The notes under the pieces: model-generated
The model's database searches: none
What the model was told of the DNA's origin: nothing
Seen by the model: only the letters and a program-made list of their open reading frames with translations
Shown: positions 1-11,878 of the stretch, piece by piece
How the letters are laid out: every line of letters starts with the position of its first letter
Numbering within the stretch: the first letter of the stretch is position 1
NCBI GenBank assembly: GCA_016748015.1
Contig: JAAOMT010000419.1
Coordinates: 467-64,466, forward strand
Direction of reading: 5' to 3'
From: Geosiphon pyriformis uo1
Lineage: Eukaryota; Fungi; Glomeromycota
DNA: 64,000 bases
Program-made: the position numbers and the translations under genes

Positions 1-988
1 TGTCTCATATTGGCTCAATATTTTATTGATCTTCTTTTGATACCATTCTAGATTCAAAGCTTAAAGCCAAACAACTGTCAGTTAACGAACTTTCTGTTTT
101 TCTTATTTTAAATATTATTCTATCGAATCATTACTTTAAATCGGTAACTTTTTAAAAATACAATATTAATATAACGCTAGAAACAATCTATTCATGCAAT
201 TATTCTTTCGACTATTCCATTTAAATATCAATTTTAAACATGTATCCTACAAATCACCTTTCGATTTACCCCGCCAGTAGCTATTGTAAAATTTCCCCCA
301 CTTAAATTCCAGTTCTCAAACAATTCAACCATATCACTATTATTTCCTTGTTCGATCGGATGAAAGATAACAAGTGTACATGTGTGGCCTCACCAATTAC
401 CGCCAGGTCATCATCATCCATTTCAAATTCATCTGATTTTGTTTGTCACCTCGGGAAATCAAATCCATGATCTGATGTAAAATCTGATCCTCGTTATGGA
501 CTTTCTTCACCACCTTGGATATTTGGGATACTATACAAGGTTAATGGATGAGGTCTTGTTAAAAAAGTTTGATTAGCTGTTGGTATTGGGCCACGTGGTG
601 ATAAGAGTAGTTGGGTGATTCCGAAAGAGGCTCGTGGTCGTAAAGCTCGATTGCGGCAAAGCCAAAGACCGAAAAATATTAAGCTGATAGCTATAGCCGT
701 AACTAGAACTGAAATAAATACGATTAGCCAGGTTGGCAATCGTGACTTGGATGATACTTAGTCTTGATTTGATGGTTCTCCAGATATACCGATTTCTTGA
801 TTCCGAATATTTGGATCTGCTTCGTCATTTTCTGCGTTCATATCCAGATTGTTTATTTTTGGCAGCTTGAAATCGTTGGAAGGAATATTAGTTACAATTT
901 TGTGTTCTTGAGTCAAATTACGAAATGTCATATTGAAAACTTGGAGTGTGTCCAGGGTATTGCCACATGCTGGTGACATATCTTGTAA
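1..988 (-). pseudogene. C-terminal part of a single-pass membrane protein gene (paralog of 14675-15900), disrupted and cut off by adapter
   Basis: ORFs 758..1003 and 494..739 are in frame and split by one stop; TM segment LPTWLIVFISVLVTAIAISLIFFGLWL; 1-74 and 670-990 align closely with 14702-15082. Confidence 0.6.
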
Positions 989-1007
989 CTGTCTCTTATA
1001 CACATCT
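989..1007 (+). other. Tn5 mosaic end / Nextera adapter (assembly contaminant)
   Basis: Exact 19-mer CTGTCTCTTATACACATCT; yields the artefact peptide MYKRQ in the ORF track. Confidence 0.97.
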
Positions 1008-1588
1008 TATAATTAAAGTAATAATTATAAAATACAGTTAATTTAAATATAAATACAAACATGAAATTTCCAAAAATTAATTTATCAAAAATAAATCTCC
1101 AACTATATATTTATTCCCTATATCTTATTATTTTTTTTATCTTTCCTAATTAATTTCATCATTATTCTTTATTTAAGTCCATAAGAAGTGACATGTTCTG
1201 CAGATATTTTCCTAATTCTTTTGTATTTGCTGCCAAAACATATATTTTGATTTCTTATTTGTGGAAACTCAATTAAAAATGTAATATTCAAAAAAATATT
1301 TGTTTATCCTACTTCTCTAACCGAGAAACTAATTAAATTCTCTTTTGATTTTATGTTCTATTTTCTACATGAATTTAGTTACTTATATTATTTACCCATT
1401 TCGAAAAATTTTTTAATTCTATAAACAATTGGGTGATGATTAAAAAGTTTAAACCAACTTGAAAAAGCAATCCAAACGAAAATAATAAAGAATTTCATTT
1501 CTAATTTCGATTTAGCCTAAAAAAAGGTTGTTTCTTTGTCCCTCTGTTTGCATGCCTGAAATCTTCATTACTAAGAGCTTTCCACCAT

Positions 1589-1615
1589 CAACCAACCAAC
1601 CAACCAACCAACCAA
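1589..1615 (+). repeat. (CAAC)n microsatellite
   Basis: About six perfect CAAC units. Confidence 0.9.
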
Positions 1616-3503
1616 ATTAACCAACGAACCGAACAAATTACTATTCAAATAAACTTGGGCTTGGAAAGATTTAGGATCAGATAATCGTTGCCTACACAGA
1701 TCGGTTATTTTAACAACCAGTTTCGGATATGATCACTTTATCATAATAAATAGTTTAAAAATTATTGATAGCCATGCGGCTGTCATTTTATCAGACAGGT
1801 AGGAGTGAATCTTAAAGTCTGTATTCCCAGCTTATATTATTTCCTTTGACAAAAACCAATAACATCATATGCAATGATTTTATTATCTTATACACATCAA
1901 CTAAGAAAAAAAGGGCTAAGAGCATCAGTACAAGCTGAAAATAGTATGATTATAGTTGGGACGAGCATAATTGTCCTATATAGTAAGTCATAAGTTTTTG
2001 ACTTGAGAATTTTGAATCTTTCTATTTAATTCTTTAATTTGGTAATTTCTCTAATACGAATCCTCCAAATTTTTTTTAAATCAACCTATTTATTAGAAGA
2101 ATAATTTACAAGTCCAACCCTATAGCACCCGACACCAAAAAACTAAAATTAATATGGCCCAATTACAATTTCTTTCTTTAGAAAACCCAACTTCATAAAA
2201 CTCATTTTTTTGAGATGGGAGCACCAAAATCGTAGCTTAATTTGGTGCTTTTGATTATGTTTAATTTTGAGTAATTATTCGAGCTAAAAAATGTGAGTTC
2301 ATGAAAAAATAGGGATAATTACCAATAGGTTTAAGTAAAATAAAATAGAATTTCATAGTTGATTTGATTTCTAAAAAATAAATTAATTGATTTTTAAAAA
2401 CAATTTCACATTAAATGGTTAATACATCTAAATATTTTAAGCATGTAATGAAATTAAGAATAAATATTAAATTGATTTAGTAATTGTCAGAAATATTGAT
2501 TTTTTGATTGAAAAGAATATGTGCGAAATTGAAAATTTTCTGAATATAAATTTAATATACAAAGATAGCATACTATACATGAAAAATATTTTTAATTGAA
2601 AGCATTATATTTTTCATTCTTCTCTAATATCTTCTTTAGTAAGCAAAAACAAATTGAAGTTTACTAACTATACTTCTAAAATAGCAAATTGAAAATTTTA
2701 TGCACAGCTAATTATCTCTCAGAAACTGAAGGCTCTTATTCATCAACTTTTGATTCTAAAAAAGAGTATAGTGCCTTTTTGTTTTTGATTTTTAGTATCA
2801 CCATTAAGAACAATATAAATTTCAATAGAAAATCAAATTTAAAAAAAATTTTACATATATTTGCTATTTTGATATAATTTAAAATATTCACCAGCTGTTT
2901 GTACTTAGTTCGCTACTTTTTGAACTCTTTCAACAAAACCCTTGTTTTTTTCAATTTAGCTTGATATTTTCTTCTAGAATGCCCAATTTCGAGTAATATT
3001 TTGTAAAATCTTGAGAAAAAGAGTGGTAAACTATAAATTCGTGTTTTTGAAAATGTTCTTGAATTTAATGAAATATAAATTTCAAAAATTAAAAACTATT
3101 TTCCCTAATCTTACTTATAAATATAATTTTCGAACTATTGAAATTAGGTAGAAGATCCCAAAAAATGAATTTCAAAAAATAGAATTGTATTAATTTATGT
3201 TGAAACTATTTTTGCAAAATATTTCAAAATCCTTTTCAACTGATATTTTCATTGATATTTGGCACACAAATTTTTGTATTAATAATATATTTACAGGAAA
3301 AATAAGAATTATTTGTTTGATTGTATATATTAAGTAAATATACTTTTATATAATTGTTTATTGTGTAATTTATTAAAAAAAACATTGTATTTTGCACTTT
3401 CGTTAACATTGTTACAGAAACCACGTTTTTCAAAAATGCGTTGCTCACAAATTTACAAAATACATTAAAATAACAGCATTTAAAAATTAAAATACTCAAA
3501 ACT

Positions 3504-4807
3504 CTATAAATACCCATTCAAACTTACTAAATAAATCCAATTACATATTCGTCTTCCAACTGAAAATGTATAATGATCTCGATTTTGATAGGAACCTTTC
3601 GCTGAAATGGCAAACCGTTCTTTTGAGTCCATAAATCGATCTGGATTGAAAATATTGGGGTTTTCATATCGATTCTTATCCGAGTTCAACGCATAAATAT
3701 TGGACCTAGAAAAAACAGAGGTATTATTCATTATTTTTGAAAATCACAAAGTTAAGCAATATTAAAAAAATATTTCAGAACTGGAGGAGCCAAACGAAGA
3801 GTTTCTTTAATGAGCGATTGGATATATAGAAGGGAACTAAAGTCGGATGTGGTTGGCAAACATTTATGTCCAACTACTCTCTCTAATTCCTCATGAGCTT
3901 TTTGTTGAAACTCTGGATTATTGGCTAACTGTGCAATAAGCCAATATATATTAGATGCCACAGTTTCCTATTTTTTATAAAAAATAATGGTTAAAGCTCA
4001 GTGGTTTTTACAAAAAGCAATTAGGTTAATATAAGATGTAACTTAAAATGTACTGTTCCTGCAAATAAAAAGGTTTCACATAGATTAACCACATCCATTT
4101 AATCGATTAAGCCCTTATCTGTCTCTTTAAAAGTCTCGAGCAACACATGGTTTCTTTTTTGGATCATTCTCTACCCTTTTCAACAGGTCTCGCGTTACTA
4201 TGTTCCACTCTTTTTGAAATTTAAGAACTTTTGGAAATCTCGTTTCAGAAGGGAGGAAATGAGAATAAAATTAGGTACCGATTTGCAATTATATTTCTAA
4301 ATTTCCCAAGTCCAATAATTTTTCTAAAGAATTGCTGCAACTTTTTATAAAGGGGCTCTTCAAAAATTTTTCAATTTAATTGCAAAAAGAACATTTATGA
4401 TAATATTTAATGATGTGAAACGGAGGTAATTTAAAGGATCGATTCCTTCTGGTTTATTAGCATCTTTTGAAATCCTCAAAACTAGGTCATGGGTGCATTC
4501 TGCTATAAGACCAGAGTAAGATTCGACTTTGCATTGATTTAAGAAACCGTGTACTTTTGAAAGTAAAGATTAAATAGGTCTCAGAAAAATATTATGAAAA
4601 ATAAATGCCAAGGTTCATTTCCTGACCTAACGGTGACATTTTTTTATACCATTCATTATAAGGTGAAAACCCAAAACTTTTGTTGCGTCCTCGAAGGGCA
4701 ATTAAATATTCCTGTGTACGCGAAAAATAAATTGCACCTCCTATAATCAATAAAATAATTAATATCGAAACAGTTGTAAACTCTTGGATGAAAAAAAGAA
4801 TATTCAC
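3504..4807 (-). pseudogene. Cytochrome P450 pseudogene, multi-exon
   Basis: N-terminal anchor ILIILLIIGGAIYF; I-helix FLFAGT/ETVAS split by a GT-AG intron; ExxR (KETLR); PERF-like FNPDRF; heme motif FSVGRRIC; in-frame stop just before the I-helix and apparently missing segments. Confidence 0.85.
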
Positions 4808-5199
4808 GTTTTAGAGATAAATATGAATATTCCGAAAACCTGTGAACAATTGATGTATATTAATCGATTCTACATCTAATTCTAATAAATAGGAAATTAA
4901 AAATGATGCAAACTTTTTATGGATATCCTTTACCAGCGAAAAAATGTGTCCTACATAAATTTAAATAAAGTCAAAAAATTTGACGCTCTATAAAGAAAAA
5001 ATAAAAAAAACGGAATCCCGCCTGGTGGTACAGGCAACTGCTTTCCATCATAGGTTTTTGCTTTCAAAAATTCGATTTTTTTTATATAACAGTTCTCCTT
5101 GTTAATTTATTTTTTCTTTTTCTCGTACTAACTTTGATTTTGTTGGATTTTTGCCTTCTCCTTGCCAAAACCTTTTAAAAAAGAACTTAATATAGTTTT

Positions 5200-6730
5200 T
5201 ACAAAATTTCTTCTTGCATCTTACCTTTTCATTTCTCCGGCATCAACACACATTGACGTGGTAATTTTTTCAAGATTAGAGTGTAGAGATTTGGTGTATC
5301 TTTCCCGATAATGTAGTATCATAACCTTTTTAAAATTACTCGCTAATAATATATTTGTTTTCATAGGACAATTAATATGCTTATAATCTGGCCAAGTATC
5401 TAGAGTATTATGGTATTAATATGAAATATAAGTTATTAAATCAAATTATTTTTTACTAACCGATCCATTGGCTGAACCAATGTAATCGAAAATAAGTTAT
5501 AATAGCTTTCGCCATAGCTAAATTTCTAATCCCAATAGCAGCTTGAAATTTTTGCAAGTCTAAGAGAATAAGTTTCCATTGATCGAGTTCTTCTTGATCT
5601 CGAGATCGTTTGACAAATCAAAATTGGCAAAATGTCCAATCCTTAAGCCATTGATCATTCAAGTTTTTGCAAACCATTCTGATAATATTATAAGATTAAA
5701 ATATAAAACCCAATAAATCTTTAAAAGCTCACCTTCATGCCAATCCCACAAGACTACTTGAGTTTTTGGAAAATGTTTCTTGACTGCTACTAAAAAAGAA
5801 TCCCATTTATCCATAGCTAACCACTTGGAATTTGATTGAATATTGCTCTTACGACTATATTCAATAAAATTTCAATAGAAAAAATTATTATACAATTTAT
5901 AAATTGAAAATTTCAATCGAAAAAAAACTATTATACAACTTACCTGCTCAAACATTAAATCAATAACTGGTATTGTTTCTTTATCACCTATAAATGTTGC
6001 TAAAACTCGACCATGTGCTTCATCTGATCTAACCATAAAGACAGTATTGGAGAAGTTTAAGCTGTTGGGACGGCTAGTAGAATCTAGAGACAAAAATTTG
6101 TATATTTGTATATTAGTTTCGACATGACTGTAGATGCAACACTAAGAAGTACAGCTTGATTCTTAAAATTCTGAGCATCCTTAATTCCATATTGTTTTGA
6201 TATGACGACGCCTTCAGCCTCATAAGTATCCATTAGGGAATGAATCTGTTAATAAAGTGAATTAACATGATAATATATAGAAAAGTGAATGTGACCAATA
6301 TCTTACTTTTTCAAATTCTAACACACTTGGATAACTTAACTTTTTGTCGTACTTGAAAGCATTTTGAATTGTCTCAAGATAGGTGCAAATCGAGCAGAAA
6401 TTGGTTGAACTTGATTTGCAAATCTATTACTTTTGCTCAAAATCTTCGCATTATTTATTAATTCTAAAAATAATTAATATTAATAAAATTCAATTACTTT
6501 TTCGAATATATACTTAAACTTATTAGTTGCAATTATTGAAGGTGATGCATTTGTAGTTTTATTTGAGATGGTTTTTCTAATTAAATTGGTCATTCGGTGT
6601 GGTTTTTTTCGGATGTGATCAGGATCATGATTTCCATAGCACTCAATATTGCATAGATTGAGTGGCTTGTCATGAGGAACTACAATATGACCTTTCCAAT
6701 TATATATTGTTTTATGACACCCATTCTATA
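5200..6730 (-). mobile_element. Mutator/MULE-type DDE transposase remnant with introns
   Basis: Exon translations LSLDST (first D), LAMDKWDSFLVAVKKHFPKTQVVLWDWHE (second D plus CxxH-like motif) and PMKTNILLASNFKK (TNxxxES-like); GT-AG-bounded AT-rich gaps; stops and frameshifts. Confidence 0.6.
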
Positions 6731-6829
6731 AATAAAGATAAAATTAATACTTTTTAATTTTGATTAGAAATTATTCTTTATTTTATACCCTATTGGAACA
6801 TCTAAGATATTCTATGCAAAAATGACTAA

Positions 6830-7200
6830 TTTCTGGATATTCATCAACTGGCAAACTTCTTCTCAACGTCGCTGAAATCAAAGTATGGCTCGAAGAAACG
6901 CATCCAGGCTTTGAAGTCGGTGAATAAACCATTAAGGACGAGCCTTCAAGGTTGCCTTTCTGCCTAAGCATGTCCTTCTTCTCACCCAAAGTGCCAAAGA
7001 GAACCGGTTGCAGATGTCCCGAAAACTGTTTTTTGCTTGAACAATCTATCGCACTAACGGTAAAATATCCCTTCAAGCTGCATCTTTGGGCGGGAATCAG
7101 TGAATATGGGAAGATTAGTTTCTACATATTCACAAACAATTTAAATCATGAAATATTAAATAACTACCTTTATGATAATACAACCAGAAAACAAGGCATC
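6830..7200 (+). mobile_element. Tc1/mariner (IS630-Tc1) transposase fragment
   Basis: TVKYPFKLHLWAGISEYGKISFYIFTNNLN resembles the Tc1 DDE_3 block TVKHxxKVxVWGxxS..G. Confidence 0.6.
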
Positions 7201-7332
7201 AATCAGTATATCAGGTGATCTTCAAATAAGACTTTCACGTCGTGTTTTGATTAATATTGCTGCTACTATTTACATTATTCAGTCTAGTATATTAATTTTT
7301 TTAATGACTAATCCTGCTGCGACCATTTATAT

Positions 7333-7351
7333 CTGTCTCTTATACACATCT
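7333..7351 (+). other. Tn5 mosaic end / Nextera adapter (assembly contaminant)
   Basis: Exact CTGTCTCTTATACACATCT; gives the artefact peptide CLLYTS. Confidence 0.97.
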
Positions 7352-7469
7352 TTTTAGTTGTATTATTTTTAAATTTTAAAAATATATATATATTATTATT
7401 ATTATTATTATTATTTAATTATTTTATTATAATTTGTTACCACTTTTTTAAAAATATATATATATATAT

Positions 7470-8981
7470 TTTTAAAAAAATTCAATTAATACCAGAAAAT
7501 TTATTTTTGTTTGATAATTATTAATTGTTTCAAAAAATATTTAATTTTAGATATAATATAGAACTTGTTTAATGGATTAAAATGAATAAAAAAATTATTA
7601 TTTTGTATTATTTTATGTTAAGTAATTGTAAAATAATATATATTTAGTTAGAATTTTTTTAATTTAATAATTAATATTATTTATTTCAAAATAGTTTTTA
7701 AAATTAAGGAATCACAAAAATATAAAAAAATATTTGGATGGCTAATCACACGTAGTTTGTTGCGTGATTCATGATAATTGCATTGTAAGAAAATGCTTGG
7801 TGGTTGGATTACACCGAGTATGCAAAAAAATATACATTTTTTAATCCAATCTAAAAAAAGCTAAAAACAGCCAATATTTAAATTCAATATGAACAAATAT
7901 AAATATTAAAAGTATTAAAAATTTAATAAAACAGCTTTTTAATAATATAAAAAGTTTTATTTATATATTTAACAAAAATATTAACAATTAAATCAACGAT
8001 CAAGATAATATTTAAATTAATAGTTAATTTTAAAAATTAAATAATATAATAGAATCAATACATAAATAAACATAATAAATATTATAAATTTTTTACTTTA
8101 TCTTTTTGACCAGTAATTAAAATTAATTATTCTAAATTATCAAATTCATAATTTTTNNNNNNNNNNNNNNNNNNNNATTATATAATAACATTATTATTTA
8201 ATTTGGAATCAAGTTTCAAAAATTTTATTTAATATTCAAATAGCGAATACATTGAATTATTTTAAAATTAATTAAATAAATATATTTTTCAGATTTAGCC
8301 AGATATGCTTCAGTCGTGTTAAATGTATAGTGTAGCCTTGGTCTGCTGAATGGCTGGTAACATGTAGAAAGTGCATGAGCCACATTTACTTAGAACAGAT
8401 AGTGATTGGACTTCACTCGTTAAATAAATAAATAAATAAAATTTATTTATTTATTTAAAAAAAATTCAATTAATACCAGAAAATTTATTTTTGTTTGATA
8501 ATTATTAATTGTTTCAAAAAATATTTAATTTTAAATATAATATAGAACTTGTTTAATGGATTAAAATGAATAAAAAAAATTATTTTGTATTATTTATTTC
8601 AAAATAGTTTTTAAAATTAATGAATCACAAATATATATAAAAATATTTGGATGGCTAATCACACGTAGTTTGTTGCGTGATTCATAATAATTGCATTATA
8701 AGAAAATACTTGGTGATTGGATTACACCGAGTATGCAAAAAAATATACATTTTTTAATCCAATCTAAAAAAAACTAAAAAACAGCCAATATTTAAATTCA
8801 ATATGAACAAATATAAATATAATAATAATATAATTAAAAATTTATTAAAAGTATTAAAAATTTAATAAAAACAGCTTTTTAATAATATAAAAAGTTTTAT
8901 TTATATAATTAACTAAAATTTTAACAATTAAATCAACGATCAAGATAATATTTAAATTAATAGTTAATTTTAAAAATTAAA
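7470..8981 (+). repeat. Near-identical ~550-bp direct duplication (about 7470-8041 and 8455-8981) adjacent to 20-N gaps
   Basis: Colinear sequence with a few substitutions and two larger indels; gaps at 8157-8176 and 8982-9001. Confidence 0.8.
8300..8440 (+). mobile_element. 5'-truncated LINE 3' end (3' UTR plus TAAA tail)
   Basis: Shares TGGCTGG...ATGTAGAAA..GCATGA and TTGGACTTCACTCGTTAAA with the reverse-complemented 3' UTRs of the LINEs ending at ~28751, ~45856 and ~54833; followed by (TAAA)n. Confidence 0.75.
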
Positions 8982-10712
8982 NNNNNNNNNNNNNNNNNNN
9001 NAATAATTTAATGTATTTAGCTGATTCAAAAACATTAATTTGTTAATATTTATAAAAATATACCCAAATTTTTTCGATTCCTTATTTAGTTATTTACTAA
9101 ATAAATTTTCCAAATTTTAAATTAGTATAATATTTTAATTATAAAAAGTGCAAATATTATTGATTGCCCAAAAGATGATTGTTGGAGATTAATTGTTTCT
9201 TGCATTCTTTAAAACTTTATAACCTACTCTAAGCATATTAGAAATAAAAGTAATTAATATTTTATTAGTTAAATGACTTGTATATCCAAACTTTCATGTA
9301 TTCAATCTTTTAACAATAAAAAAAAGTTCAAATTATTATTACTTTTATTACTAAAAAAATTAAATTTTATAGGAAAATTTAGAGATTGTTCAAAAAATGG
9401 ATTTTGTATAAGAATAAAGTTATTTTGTTTACCTACTAGATTATTTTATAAACTGAAAAATTTATCTAAATGAAAAAAAGGAAAATAAAAATTTTCCTTC
9501 TATTTTAATTATTTTCATTATTAAGCCTTATATTTTGAAAATAATAAATTTGACTATAAAATCTTGAATAAGGTTAAAAACTATTTTAAATAAAAGAAAA
9601 AATATTCACCTACCTCATTAAATTCAACTAACTTTAAGGATTATAGTCAAATGTGTTAAAACAACTGTAAAGGATTCTTAAATCTATATAATTAAGTTTT
9701 TCTGTTGGATAAATAAAAAATATATTTATTTTATAACAACTTAAATATTTGTTTTCGGCTGTTGAATGGTTTGAAAACTCTATTCGTTATAGACAGATAA
9801 ATATTTTGAATACAATAAATTGCATAGCAAAAAGCTCAAACGAGTCACACAAGATGATAAAATAGAAATAGAAGAATTCATAAAATGAAAAATATTTATA
9901 TGATTAGCAAAAAGTAAGAATTGCTATATTTTTTATGCTAAAAAATTTCTAAAAACTTTTACTGAATTCCTGCAAGATATTGATTTTTTTCCAAATATTC
10001 TAAGATTTTATTGTCTTGGTAAAACTATTAAAGGCATTTATTCTCAAGGCTTTATGATGAAATTATTTTATCAAATCCTAACTTATTTTATGAATATGGT
10101 TTAGATGATACTTTAACTTTTTTTAAGAAGTATTTATCATTCATTTGAATTAATATCTATTTTTGAAACTTGCTATAACTTAATTTTTTAACTTTTTTAT
10201 AAATTACTTTAGTTTGTCATTGTTATCAATAATAGAAGATAATTTTTGCATATTAAACTATATTCACCTAGCATAGTATAATTAATTTAAAAACAATTAA
10301 ATTTTGAAAAGGCTGAATTTAATAAACCGTGAAAATAAAAAAAAACTAATTTCTCAGATATGGTTAAAATCCAAAACGCTTTCTTAAACATATGAAAAAT
10401 AATTTTTATTCCGCTAAAATAATAATTTGGGTGGTTTAAAAAAATATAAATAATTAATAAAATTTCTGTTATCTTTGAAATTTATGACAAAGCCCTTTTA
10501 CTCAATGACAAACAAATTAAAATAGTTCAACAATTATAGATATAAATAAGGATATTTTAATTTAATTGTTAATAAATGAAAATGCCATAATAGCAGGCTA
10601 GAAAAATAATTTCACCAACTATTTTTCTAAATTCTCCCTATTTACCTTGTAAATTTTCATTTTGCTATTAAAGTTATTCTCAAATAAGAATATCAAGGAA
10701 TTCAAATATGCA

Positions 10713-11038
10713 NNNNNNNNNNNNNNNNNNNNNNNNNNNNNNNNNNNNNNNNNNNNNNNNNNNNNNNNNNNNNNNNNNNNNNNNNNNNNNNNNNNNNNNN
10801 NNNNNNNNNNNNNNNNNNNNNNNNNNNNNNNNNNNNNNNNNNNNNNNNNNNNNNNNNNNNNNNNNNNNNNNNNNNNNNNNNNNNNNNNNNNNNNNNNNNN
10901 NNNNNNNNNNNNNNNNNNNNNNNNNNNNNNNNNNNNNNNNNNNNNNNNNNNNNNNNNNNNNNNNNNNNNNNNNNNNNNNNNNNNNNNNNNNNNNNNNNNN
11001 NNNNNNNNNNNNNNNNNNNNNNNNNNNNNNNNNNNNNN
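10713..11038. other. Scaffold gap (326 N)
   Basis: Run of N; the X-filled ORFs across it are spurious. Confidence 0.99.
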
Positions 11039-11878
11039 TCTAAAGGGCATATAGAAACATATATACAATATAGCATGCATCGGTAATGAAATAACGAGAT
11101 TAAAAAAAAAGAGGCTAAAACTCTGTAATGTAGAGAATTAAATAAATATTCTCAACATAAAACGATTCTAATTGGGAGCTTTTTTGGCAACTCCAAAGAA
11201 TAAAGCAGTGTAGTCTCAATTAACTTTAAAATATTTATTTGTTAAAAGCTGGATGTAGGTGCACATTATCCATGAAATATACTAAGCTTGATAGACTAGC
11301 CAGAGTTTTCTTACTCAGTTTGATTCTGAGGCCTGGCCAAAATTTTATATTTTCATTTTGCGATTGCTGCACCTTTACCATCCAAATAATATTTGGAAAG
11401 AAAGAATCGCTCTAATATGATATGGTAAAAAACAATAATAATCAATTTACTTTTCCTTTTTAAACTATTAATTTTGTTTATTAAAAACATGTGTATATTA
11501 TTGTAAATTAAATATATATGTTTCTTTGAACAGCATTATTTTTTTAGCAATAACTTTTCTTTTTAACATAGGACTGGCAGTATAAATCACAATCAATAAG
11601 ATTAACATGAAAGTTAGTATGTTGTATAGTTTTGGCAATTTGCAAAGCCCATTGTCTTATTCACTAGGAATCAATAATCGGGAATCATCATTGTCATCGT
11701 TGGGAATCATTGTGCCATCAATCCTGTGTTCTTAGTCCTGTTTTAACTGCCTCTGTTATGTCTACACTTCCACACCCTAAAAACAACTCCTCTACCAAAT
11801 CCTATAATGCACTTGTTAGTAATCATCATTATCACTATTGGGAATCTGGAATAGAGAATCATCATTTTTGTCATGCCA

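Noticed and set aside
2220-2250. Hairpin AGCACCAAA...TTTGGTGCT as a Helitron 3' end
   Set aside because: No CTRR terminus at the expected distance and no Rep/helicase remnant
989-7351. Tn5/IS50-like composite transposon bounded by two mosaic ends
   Set aside because: The mosaic end is synthetic, both copies are in direct orientation, and there is no IS50 transposase or 9-bp TSD; this is library adapter
10619-11080. Long ORFs in the track
   Set aside because: Consist of X from the N gap
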